A DNA stretch of 64,000 nt from an uncultured delta proteobacterium (GTDB taxonomy: Bacteria; Desulfobacterota; Syntrophia; Syntrophales; Smithellaceae): the NCBI GenBank assembly GCA_903904655.1, contig CAIVDK010000139.1, positions 3,325 through 67,324 of the forward strand, given 5' to 3'. Below, piece by piece: positions 50,125-61,056 of the stretch (position 1 is its first letter; each line of letters begins with the position of its first letter). The position numbers and the translations under genes were made by a program. Under the pieces are notes generated by a model, which made no database searches, was not told the origin of the DNA, and saw only the letters and a list, made by a program, of their open reading frames with translations.

Positions 50125-51159
50125 TTGGTAGGGAAAAGGGAACGGCTGGCAGACCTGCTTTTTAAAACCCGCCTGATAGCGATACTCAGTCGTTTTGCTG
50201 GTCATAACAAGTTGGTTATTTTGAATTACCATCGAATCCGTCCAGCCTCGGCGACAGCATCAACGCCATTTGATGACGGCGTCTTGACTGTGAGTGAAGA
50301 TCAATTTTTTCGACAGATGACTTGGCTGAAACGGCATACCCGGGTTTTATCGGAGAAAGAGCTGATTGACAAAATTCTGACCAACAACTATCAAAAATCA
50401 AACCGCCCTTCCGTGGTCATCACCTTCGACGACGGGTATCACGATAACTACTCCATCGCCTATCCTATCCTGAAATCGTTACAGATACCGGCTATTTTTT
50501 TCATTAGCACCGAGATGATCTGGGAGCGAAAACTGTGTTGGTGGGATGTTCTGGCGTATTTGATCAAACAATGCCGGAAGCCATCCATTGTCATCGATAA
50601 TCACGAATATACGCTACAAAATAATCGCATGCAGATGATTGAAGATTTCCAACTACCGATGAAGGAATACCCATGCGGGCGCATCCGCGAGGAGCTACGA
50701 TTGATTTCAGAGGCCACAGAAATCGATCTTCCTTCCGACGAAATTCAGGATAGAGAACTGATGACCCGGGATCAAATTCGCGAGATGGCGGCACATCAAA
50801 TGACAATTGGCTCACATGCCCATACCCATCAGGCGCTGTCATGCTTGGATGAATGTGAACATGAAGCGGAGCTGATGGTTTCAAAACAGCTTTTAGAGCA
50901 GACGACAGGTGAAGCCGTTAGATCCGTCTCGTATCCTTTTGGACGTTATCAATATATACCGTCTTCGATTCAGGATGTAGCCAGAAAATGTGGATACCAA
51001 CTAGGCTTTACGTCCAACTTTGGTGTAAATTATATGAGTAATATTGGTAATATGGCACTAAAGCGCTTCTCCGGCGAGCTTGAAAAAGTTTCTACGGTAT
51101 CCTTGATAACGGTTTGGCCGGAACTATTTGCCAGCAAGGAAGATAGCTTTCTGATCTGA
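50125..51159 (+). CDS. Polysaccharide deacetylase (NodB homology domain; ArnD/PgdA superfamily)
   Basis: I prefer the TTG at 50125 (AAGGAGG 7 nt upstream). NYHRI, VVITFDDGYHDNY (metal-binding D-D), IPAIFFIST, IGSHAHTH. Confidence 0.85.
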   Translation: MVGKRERLADLLFKTRLIAILSRFAGHNKLVILNYHRIRPASATASTPFDDGVLTVSEDQFFRQMTWLKRHTRVLSEKELIDKILTNNYQKSNRPSVVITFDDGYHDNYSIAYPILKSLQIPAIFFISTEMIWERKLCWWDVLAYLIKQCRKPSIVIDNHEYTLQNNRMQMIEDFQLPMKEYPCGRIREELRLISEATEIDLPSDEIQDRELMTRDQIREMAAHQMTIGSHAHTHQALSCLDECEHEAELMVSKQLLEQTTGEAVRSVSYPFGRYQYIPSSIQDVARKCGYQLGFTSNFGVNYMSNIGNMALKRFSGELEKVSTVSLITVWPELFASKEDSFLI

Positions 51160-51221
51160 TCAAAGTAGCTAAAGAAAAGGTGGGCTTGACAGACTAAAAC
51201 TAAATTGTTCGCCAAGGATGG

Positions 51222-51971
51222 TTGATGATGAGGGAAACTTTTAAACAATCCATTATAGCATTTTTGAAGCCTCAGGTTACTGCTTGGGGTTTCGCATCGG
51301 TTGATCGTTTTGCAGATGCGCCTGAAGCACATCACCCAAAACGAATTTGCCGGGACGCTGAAACTGTAATTGTTTTCGGCATTACCGTTCCCCGTGGCAT
51401 GCTCAAATCACCGGATTACAATCTTTACGCTCTGCACCGGACCTACCACAGCGCTTATATGCGCATCGACGATATATCCCTCGCCCTTTGCAATTATATT
51501 GAATCCCTAGGAAAATGTCTGGCCGTCCCTATTCCCAGCTATGCCCCGATGGTTTTTCATCAATTTGAACCCTGGGGCATCATGTCGCTGAAACACGCCG
51601 CCGTCAATGCAGGCCTGGGAAGTTTCGGACGGAGCGGCCTGACCTATCATCCGCAATACGGCGCGCTTTTGCGATTGGGTGCAGTCGTGACAAACACGGT
51701 GATCGAAGCAGACGCACTGCTTCCTCCTGATCCTTGTCCCCCCAACTGCACGGCCTGCTTAAAGATCTGTCCGGCCAAAGCCTTTGACGCGGACGGAAAA
51801 TTCAATAAAATGACCTGCCTTAGTCGTACAATCAAGCATGCCATTTATCCCCTCGCCCTGAATAGTGAAGCGGGTTTGAAAAATATTGAGCGTGTCATCA
51901 ACACGGCCGGACACAATTACTGGATCGATTGTGATGAATGCCTGAAGGTTTGCCCGTTAAATAAAGGGTGA
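51222..51971 (+). CDS. 4Fe-4S dicluster protein, QueG/reductive-dehalogenase-superfamily-like
   Basis: SLKHAAVNAGLGSFGRSGL resembles the QueG core. Two Cys clusters: CPPNCTACLKICP and CDECLKVCP. At 249 aa it is shorter than canonical QueG. Confidence 0.55.
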   Translation: MMMRETFKQSIIAFLKPQVTAWGFASVDRFADAPEAHHPKRICRDAETVIVFGITVPRGMLKSPDYNLYALHRTYHSAYMRIDDISLALCNYIESLGKCLAVPIPSYAPMVFHQFEPWGIMSLKHAAVNAGLGSFGRSGLTYHPQYGALLRLGAVVTNTVIEADALLPPDPCPPNCTACLKICPAKAFDADGKFNKMTCLSRTIKHAIYPLALNSEAGLKNIERVINTAGHNYWIDCDECLKVCPLNKG

Positions 51972-52298
51972 CTATTTTAAGGGTTTACCGCACTCCTTGC
52001 ACTTGCCGTCCGGGCCGATAATACCGATGCAGGCGCTGTCGCTGCATAATACTCTTTTGTCCCAATCGTCATCAGAATCTGTGTCTTCCGGCGAAACAGA
52101 CTTTGCTTCTTCAGTGGCGGCAGGTTGAACAGCCTCTCTACCGTGGCCTTCCGGAAGAACCCCTTCGTAAGGCTTGCCGCACTCTTTGCATTTTCCGTCC
52201 GGACCGATAGTGCCGATGCAGGACTCATCACTGCACAAAACCCGCGCATCCCAATCTACGTTCTCGTCAAAGATGATTTCACTCATGCTGTTCTCCAA
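51972..52298 (-). CDS. Small acidic protein with two identical-pattern zinc ribbons
   Basis: WDARVLCSDESCIGTIGPDGKCKECGKP and WDKRVLCSDSACIGIIGPDGKCKECGKP (C-x4-C-x9-C-x2-C twice) joined by an acidic linker. Its stop abuts the stop of the convergent gene. Confidence 0.6.
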   Translation of the reverse strand: MENSMSEIIFDENVDWDARVLCSDESCIGTIGPDGKCKECGKPYEGVLPEGHGREAVQPAATEEAKSVSPEDTDSDDDWDKRVLCSDSACIGIIGPDGKCKECGKPLK

Positions 52299-52361
52299 AT
52301 TTTATTGATACAGCTTCTTATGCTGACTTGGTAAAAAAGTCAAATCAGACAGACATCGGTT

Positions 52362-52411
52362 GAGAACAAGGGGTCTTGCCACCAGCATGTGTGGTTGCAA
52401 CCCCTTGTTCT
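52362..52411 (-). terminator. Stem-loop downstream of rtcB (possible terminator, no adjacent U-tract)
   Basis: gagaacaagggg (52362-52373) pairs with ccccttgttct (52401-52411) across a partially self-pairing loop. It lies 13 nt after the rtcB stop. Confidence 0.45.
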
Positions 52412-52423
52412 ATTATTCGAATA

Positions 52424-53866
52424 TCACCCTTTGATACAAGCAACTGCCTTCAGTTTAGCAACTTTACGGGCAATTCCCGCATCGTGAACCACCTGAACCA
52501 CGTCATTCAAGTTTTTATACGCTTCGGGCATTTCTTCATTGAGCGTGCCCTTGCTGCCGGCCATCACCAAAACACCCTGATCGGCCAGTTCGCGGCTGAT
52601 CGAGCGCCCCCGACTGGTTTTGATGGCCTGGGTACGGCTCATCACACGGCCTGCGCCGTGGCAGGCGCTGCCGAAAGTTTCCTCCATGGCTTTTTCCTGG
52701 CCAACCAGCACAAAAGAGCCGGCTCCCATGTCTCCGGGAATCAGGACCGGCTGACCAACGCTTCGATAGCGTGCAGGGACTGCTTCATGGCCTGCGGGAT
52801 AGGCTCGTGTCGCACCTTTACGATGCACACAGAGTTTTTTCTCAACACCCGCGATATTAAAAGATTCGATTTTGGCGATGTTATGACAGACGTCATAGAC
52901 CAAACGCGCCCCCAACTCGCGGGGAGCTATATGTAAGGTTTTCTCCAAAACATCGCGCGTCAGATGCATCAGGACTTGCCGGTTGGCCCAGGCGTAATTG
53001 GCGCCGCAGGCCATGGCAGCCAGATAATTACGTCCCCGCCCGGAGGCCAGATACGTGCACGCCAGTTGCCGATCTGGAAGCGTTATCCCTGTTTCATGCT
53101 GGTGCTTGACCATCAACGCCAGGTAATCATCGCAAATCTGATAGCCCAACCCCCGTGAGCCGGTGTGGATCATGACAACGATCTGGCCTTTGCGCAAACC
53201 AAAAGCCTCGGCCGCTTTTTCATCAAAGATGTCCTGAACGACTTCTATTTCCAGAAAGTGATTGCCGGAACCGAGGGTGCCCAGCTGCTGTTTGCCGCGT
53301 TCGAGCGCGCGCTTTGATACCTGCTCCGGATCGGCACCGCTCATGCAACCATCGTCTTCGGTTGTTTCCAGATCCTGTGCCGATCCGAAACCGGCTTTGA
53401 CTGCCCATCTCGCACCGTCTTCGAGAACTTTCTTCTGGTCTTTGCCGGACAGTTTGACATAGCCTGTGGTACCGACACCAGACGGAATACGCTGATATAA
53501 CGAGGTGGTTAAGTCTTTAACTTTATCTTTGATGTCGTGAAGGGTAAGCTCCGTGGCCATCAGGCGGCAACCGCAGTTAATGTCGTAGCCCACGCCGCCC
53601 GGCGATATCACGCCCGTGTCCATATCAAAGGCCGCCACGCCGCCGATAGGGAAACCATAGCCCCAGTGGATATCCGGCATGGCCAGCGAATAATTGACAA
53701 TGCCCGGCAGATGAGCCACATTGGCCACCTGCTTGGCGCTCTCATCGTTTTTGAGCAGATCAAATATTTTTTCATTGGCATAAATAATCCCCGGCACACG
53801 CATCTGGCCTGTCTGAGGCAGCAGCCACCGATTGCTATCTATCTTTTCCAGTTTAATATCAGACAT
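52424..53866 (-). CDS. rtcB: RNA 3'-phosphate/2',3'-cyclic-phosphate ligase RtcB
   Basis: AMPDIHWGYGFPIGGV, GGVGYDINCGCRL, GSGNHFLEIE, HTGSRGLGYQ, HRKGATRA, SACHGAGR. These are the full set of RtcB metal/GMP-His motifs. 480 aa. Confidence 0.95.
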   Translation of the reverse strand: MSDIKLEKIDSNRWLLPQTGQMRVPGIIYANEKIFDLLKNDESAKQVANVAHLPGIVNYSLAMPDIHWGYGFPIGGVAAFDMDTGVISPGGVGYDINCGCRLMATELTLHDIKDKVKDLTTSLYQRIPSGVGTTGYVKLSGKDQKKVLEDGARWAVKAGFGSAQDLETTEDDGCMSGADPEQVSKRALERGKQQLGTLGSGNHFLEIEVVQDIFDEKAAEAFGLRKGQIVVMIHTGSRGLGYQICDDYLALMVKHQHETGITLPDRQLACTYLASGRGRNYLAAMACGANYAWANRQVLMHLTRDVLEKTLHIAPRELGARLVYDVCHNIAKIESFNIAGVEKKLCVHRKGATRAYPAGHEAVPARYRSVGQPVLIPGDMGAGSFVLVGQEKAMEETFGSACHGAGRVMSRTQAIKTSRGRSISRELADQGVLVMAGSKGTLNEEMPEAYKNLNDVVQVVHDAGIARKVAKLKAVACIKG

Positions 53867-53903
53867 GATGAACTCTCTTCAAATATTCGCACCTGGTGTA
53901 CTT

Positions 53904-53986
53904 CCCCGCCCCTGGTGGGCGGGGATTGAGGGGAGGGGGCAATTCTTGTTTTCACCCTCCCCCTGCCCCTCCCATTAAGGGAGGGG
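53904..53986. repeat. G/C-tract cluster: three overlapping GC hairpins and a G-quadruplex-type motif
   Basis: ccccgccc/gggcgggg (53904-53924). ggggaggg/ccctcccc (53930-53962). cccctccc/gggagggg (53966-53986). On the + strand GGG-c-GGGG-attga-GGGG-a-GGGGG spans 53917-53939. Confidence 0.8.
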
Positions 53987-54046
53987 AAATTATAGTTTTT
54001 TCTTTAACAACCAGTTCTGCCGGCATGACATCCGCCAATGTATTTT

Positions 54047-54185
54047 ACGGCCTCTTAAAATGCGCCAGAGACAAGGCGCGCGAATCCTCGAGGAGTGAGG
54101 CGTACTTTTCGGGTACGCCGCAACGACGAGGGATGAAGCGCAACGATCAGGTGGTTAGGTGGTCAGGAATATTTTAAGAGGCCGT
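54047..54185. other. 139-bp structured element bounded by perfect 15-bp inverted repeats (MITE-like or structured RNA)
   Basis: acggcctcttaaaat (54047-54061) is the exact reverse complement of attttaagaggccgt (54171-54185). Nested internal stems: gcgcc/ggcgc, cctcg/cgagg, ggcgtac/gtacgcc. It ends 2 nt from the archease stop codon. Confidence 0.8.
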
Positions 54186-54187
54186 GC

Positions 54188-54607
54188 TCAGACATCAAAA
54201 ATCACCCTCGCCTTCCAGCCTGATTTCGTCTTTTCAACAGCCAGCCCATGATACGTAACGGCTTTTATCTCTGTCTTCATCACATGCTTCTTTTTATTGT
54301 AGGGCTCAAGCCATAATCTTGCGTCTAATGTCTTATTACCGCACTTTGTAATTTCGCACGTCCCGATGATCAACGCCTCACCGTTGACAAGATACAAAAT
54401 CTCCCGCAAAAAATTAATCAGCAAATCCGCGGGACCTGCACCTTCCACGGTGAGCGCTTTTTCTTGCAGGCCGGACGGCGTTCCTTTTCTTTCAACCACG
54501 ATGTCCATCAAAGACAATGCGGCTTTTGTAAACAACTCCCTCTTCGTCCGCCCTGTGACTTCCATGCCCAGATCGGCGGTATGGTCTATCAGTTTGTATA
54601 ACGTCAT
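54188..54607 (-). CDS. Archease (RtcB activator)
   Basis: 139 aa. N-terminal LIDHTADLGMEV signature and C-terminal IKAVTYHGLAV. Located upstream of rtcB on the same strand. Confidence 0.9.
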   Translation of the reverse strand: MTLYKLIDHTADLGMEVTGRTKRELFTKAALSLMDIVVERKGTPSGLQEKALTVEGAGPADLLINFLREILYLVNGEALIIGTCEITKCGNKTLDARLWLEPYNKKKHVMKTEIKAVTYHGLAVEKTKSGWKARVIFDV

Positions 54608-54716
54608 GAGGGAAGTATAGCTGAATGTTACAAGATGAACAAGTAAGGAAAGCCGGTGTTACCACCCGGACTATTGCAAAGACCGGTTGATATTATTCAT
54701 GGAAGAAACAAAGCCC

Positions 54717-54807
54717 GTCATTGCGAGCAGACCCTCGGTCTGCGTGGCAATCTAACAACTCGAAATTGCTTCGCTTTGCTACCCTAAAGGGCACGCGTAG
54801 CAATGAC
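54717..54807. repeat. REP/MITE-like 91-bp element with 8-bp terminal inverted repeats (GTCATTGC...GCAATGAC)
   Basis: Two internal imperfect hairpins, each of the form attgc...gcaat (54720-54751 and 54765-54804). Intergenic between gyrA and archease. Confidence 0.6.
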
Positions 54808-54830
54808 CCGTTTATGTTTCTTAGGAGTTG

Positions 54831-54877
54831 TAGGGAACGGTCGCGACCATCCATACGGGTGGCAAGACCGTTCCCTA
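54831..54877 (-). terminator. Perfect 12-bp stem-loop just downstream of gyrA (possible terminator, no U-tract)
   Basis: tagggaacggtc (54831-54842) pairs with gaccgttcccta (54866-54877). It begins 9 nt after the gyrA stop at 54886. Confidence 0.4.
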
Positions 54878-54885
54878 TAAATTTT

Positions 54886-57393
54886 CTATTCTTCCGGCGT
54901 GCCGTTGTCTTCTGTTATCAGATCCGTCTCATCGTCACCATTAGTGCCTTCATCCGGGCCTTCGGCTTCCTGCGTTGTGCGGGCAACGCCGACGAGTTTT
55001 TCTTCCGGTTCCAGGTCGATCAGCTTGACGCCTTGAGTTACACGATGATTAATCGGGACTTCCTGCACCTTGAGGCGGATCACTTTGCCGGCATTGCTGA
55101 TGAGCATGATGTTCTCTTCGCCCTGCACCTGCAAGACGCCGGAGACATTGCCGATCTTGGCCACGGTTTTCAGGTTGATGGTGCCTTTGCCACCGCGCGT
55201 CTGCACGCGGTATTCATCAATCGGTGTGCATTTGCCGAATCCGTTTTCAGAAATCGTCAGCATGAACGTGTTCTGAGCGGGAATATCCACACCGATAACA
55301 TCATCGCCTTCGTCCAGATTGATGCCGCGCACGCCGCGCGCTGTTCTGCCCGTGTCGCGCACATCGTCTTCCTTGAATCGAATCGCCATGCCCAACCTTG
55401 TGGCTAAAAAGATATCCTGATTGCCCATGGTCAACTGCACATCGACCAGTTCATCGCCCTCGTCAATGGAAATGGCAATGATTCCGCCAACGCGTGGATT
55501 GGAATAAGCGGCCAGATCGGTCTTTTTGATAATACCCTTCTTGGTCACCATCACGATAAATTTGTCCGCGACAAATTCCTTCACCGGCAGTGTCGCACTG
55601 ACCTTTTCACCGGGGGCCAGGTTCACCAGATTGACCATGGCCTTGCCTTTGGCGGCGCGTCCGGCCTGCGGAATCTGGTATACTTTTAACCAATACACCT
55701 TTCCCATGTTGGTGAAGACCAGCAGGTAATGATGGGTGGAAGCAATAAATATTTTTTCAACAAAATCTTCTTCCTTGGTGCCCATACCGACCTTGCCGCG
55801 CCCGCCTCGGTGTTGGCTCTTGTAGAGACTGACCGCGTTGCGTTTGATGTATCCGGTATGGGATATGGTGACGACCACGTCCTCTTCCACAATCATGTCT
55901 TCGATATTGATATCTTCGGTGCTGGCGACAATTTCCGTCCGGCGCTCGTCGCCGTATTTCTCCCTGATTTCTGTTAGTTCCTCGATAATGACCTGTAAGA
56001 CTTTCTGTGGATCGGCTAGGATACCGGCAAGATGAGTAATCAATGCAGTTACTTCCACATATTCCGCATCAATCTTGTCTCTTTCCAGGCCAGTCAGGCG
56101 TTGCAGCCTCATCTCCAGAATGGCCTTGGCCTGAATCTCCGACAGGCTGAACTTTGCGCATAACGCTACCGCCGCTTCGCTGGCATTTTTCGACGCCTTG
56201 ATAACTTTGATGATTTCATCAATGTTATTTAAGGCAATGATATAGCCTTCCAAAATGTGCGCGCGTTCTTTGGCGCGCGCCAGTTCAAACTTTGTGCGGC
56301 GGACCACGATTTCCTGCCGGAAGGCAACGAATTTCTCCAGGACCTCTTTGAGATTGAAAACATACGGACGGTTTTCAGAAATCGCCAGCATAATGATGCC
56401 GAACGATGTTTCCATTTGCGTGTATTTATAGAGCTGATTGAGAATAATGGCGGAATTTTCGTCACGCTTGAGGTCGATAACCACGCGGATGCCTTCGCGG
56501 TCTGATTCATCACGTAAATCCGAGATGCCGGCAACTTTCTTGTCGCGCACCAGTTCGGCTATTTTTTCAATCAGGGTGGCTTTGTTGACCTGATAGGGCA
56601 GTTCCGTAACAACAATGCTTTCCCGATCATTACGGGCATTTTTTTCAATCAGTGCCCGCGCCCTGAGCCGGATGACGCCGCGTCCTGTCTTGTATGCCGA
56701 TAAAATGCCTTCCCGGCCATTGATGAATCCGGCGGTCGGGAAATCCGGCCCGTGAATGTGCTTCATCAGTTCTTCAATGATAATTTTGGGATTGTTGATA
56801 AGCGCGATGGTGCCATTGATGATTTCCGTCAAATTGTGGGGCGGAATATTGGTCGCCATACCGACGGCGATACCCGATGACCCGTTGAGCAACAAGAGCG
56901 GAAGGCGCGTAGCCAGAAGCGACGGCTCCATCAGGGATTCATCATAGTTGGGCACGTAATCGACCGTGTCTTTTTCCAGATCGGCCATCACTTCTTCGGA
57001 AATACGCGCCAGGCGGCTTTCCGTATAACGCATGGCGGCCGGAGGATCGCCGTCAATCGAACCGAAGTTGCCCTGCCCATCGACCAGCATGTAACGCAGA
57101 GAAAAATCCTGCGCCATACGCACCAGCGTGTCATAAATCGCCGTATCGCCGTGCGGATGATATTTACCCATGATATCACCGACGATGCGGGCGCATTTTT
57201 TATAGGGTTTATTATGGCGGTAGCCCGTTTCATACATGGAATATAAAATGCGGCGATGCACGGGCTTGAGGCCGTCGCGCACATCGGGGAGTGCCCGGCC
57301 GATGATGACGCTCATGGCGTAATCCATGTAGGATTTTTTCATTTCATCTTCTATATTCACCAAGGTTTGCTTGTGGTGGATATCACGTTCCAT
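54886..57393 (-). CDS. gyrA: DNA gyrase subunit A
   Basis: [44 protein letters not shown] (QRDR), and C-terminal beta-pinwheel repeats. I prefer the ATG at 57393 (AGGAAGGA upstream) over the track start 57432. Confidence 0.97.
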   Translation of the reverse strand: MERDIHHKQTLVNIEDEMKKSYMDYAMSVIIGRALPDVRDGLKPVHRRILYSMYETGYRHNKPYKKCARIVGDIMGKYHPHGDTAIYDTLVRMAQDFSLRYMLVDGQGNFGSIDGDPPAAMRYTESRLARISEEVMADLEKDTVDYVPNYDESLMEPSLLATRLPLLLLNGSSGIAVGMATNIPPHNLTEIINGTIALINNPKIIIEELMKHIHGPDFPTAGFINGREGILSAYKTGRGVIRLRARALIEKNARNDRESIVVTELPYQVNKATLIEKIAELVRDKKVAGISDLRDESDREGIRVVIDLKRDENSAIILNQLYKYTQMETSFGIIMLAISENRPYVFNLKEVLEKFVAFRQEIVVRRTKFELARAKERAHILEGYIIALNNIDEIIKVIKASKNASEAAVALCAKFSLSEIQAKAILEMRLQRLTGLERDKIDAEYVEVTALITHLAGILADPQKVLQVIIEELTEIREKYGDERRTEIVASTEDINIEDMIVEEDVVVTISHTGYIKRNAVSLYKSQHRGGRGKVGMGTKEEDFVEKIFIASTHHYLLVFTNMGKVYWLKVYQIPQAGRAAKGKAMVNLVNLAPGEKVSATLPVKEFVADKFIVMVTKKGIIKKTDLAAYSNPRVGGIIAISIDEGDELVDVQLTMGNQDIFLATRLGMAIRFKEDDVRDTGRTARGVRGINLDEGDDVIGVDIPAQNTFMLTISENGFGKCTPIDEYRVQTRGGKGTINLKTVAKIGNVSGVLQVQGEENIMLISNAGKVIRLKVQEVPINHRVTQGVKLIDLEPEEKLVGVARTTQEAEGPDEGTNGDDETDLITEDNGTPEE

Positions 57394-57471
57394 TTTGTTC
57401 CTTCCTCTCTTCTTGTTCCACAAACCGGCCAAAACTAAAAACCGGTGTAATTGTTTTATTTCAGATTGCTG

Positions 57472-59898
<2,427 letters not shown>

Positions 59899-59940
59899 TT
59901 AAACCCATTCCACTTTCTAATTTTTCATCCAATAATTTTT

Positions 59941-61056
59941 TTATATTTTTAACGGCATCACAATACACAAATAATTATCGCCTTCTGCCGGTTTGATTAA
60001 GGTTGGTTTTAATCCAGCCCCAACTTCCATAATTATATTTTCCATAGATATAACTGAAACGGCATCAATAACATAATTCACATTGAACCCAACATCCATA
60101 TCTTCCCCAGTATAACCAATGTCGATTTCTTCTGTCGCTTCACCAACATCCAAGTTTGTTGAATTAAGAGTCATTTTTCCGGAGGTAAAAGATATAATCA
60201 CGCCACTGTAACGTTCTGAAGAAACAACATTCATTCTTTTTAAAGCATGAAGAAATAATTCTTTATCCAAGGTCACGCTCACACCTTTTTCTGCGGGAAT
60301 TACTCTTTTATAATCAGGATAATCAGCATCCACCAGATTGACTTTTAGAATAGTATTCTCTGTTTTCACCACAAACATATTCTTATGAATACCAACACTG
60401 ACATTTTCATGAACATCTGTTAATTTTTTTACTTCCATTAATCCTTTACGAGGAATAATAATCCCTTTGGTCATCTCAGGACAGGGTTCCGCAGTATTGA
60501 CTTTGGCAACCGCCAGCCTGTGCCCATCCGTCGCCACCATCCGCCAGATATGAGTCGTTCCATCAGAAGTTGTTTCCAGTAAAACACCATTTAGATTCTT
60601 TCTACTTTCATCAAAAGCCATCGCAAAAGATGTTTTATTAATTAAATCCTTAATGGCTGATCCGGGAATGTTAAAAAATTGTACATTCTCACTGTCCGCA
60701 ACACTGGGAAAATCATCCGCGGAAAGCCCTGGTATTTTATAAACAGCCCTTTGACACGTTACCTTCACGATATTATTAGCGCTTTTTGTAAAATGAATAA
60801 TATCCCCCTGAATTTCTCTAACCATCTCGTAAAGTTTTTTAGCAGATAAGGTAATTTCACCTTTTTCCACTATATCCGCGTCATAATCAGAAATAAGGCT
60901 AATCTCACGATCCGTGGCAATGATTTTTAGCTTATTGTGCTCTGTTTTTAAAAGCACGTTATTTAAAATGGGTGTTGTTGTTTTTTTCTCGACAATACCT
61001 AATGTTTTTTGAATACCATCCAAAAAGGTATTTCTATTGATTTTAAATTCCATCAT
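59941..61056 (-). CDS. dnaN: DNA polymerase III beta sliding clamp
   Basis: 371 aa. N-terminus FKINRNTFLDGIQKTLGIVEKKTTTPILNNVLL, C-terminus ...YLCIVMPLKI. Located between dnaA and gyrB. Confidence 0.95.
   Translation of the reverse strand: MMEFKINRNTFLDGIQKTLGIVEKKTTTPILNNVLLKTEHNKLKIIATDREISLISDYDADIVEKGEITLSAKKLYEMVREIQGDIIHFTKSANNIVKVTCQRAVYKIPGLSADDFPSVADSENVQFFNIPGSAIKDLINKTSFAMAFDESRKNLNGVLLETTSDGTTHIWRMVATDGHRLAVAKVNTAEPCPEMTKGIIIPRKGLMEVKKLTDVHENVSVGIHKNMFVVKTENTILKVNLVDADYPDYKRVIPAEKGVSVTLDKELFLHALKRMNVVSSERYSGVIISFTSGKMTLNSTNLDVGEATEEIDIGYTGEDMDVGFNVNYVIDAVSVISMENIIMEVGAGLKPTLIKPAEGDNYLCIVMPLKI

Noticed and set aside
52376-52936. 186-aa + ORF; the similar 228-aa + ORF at 54721..55407 falls in the same class
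   Set aside because: Both lie antisense to highly conserved genes (rtcB and gyrA respectively) and are Arg/Ala/His-rich shadow frames.
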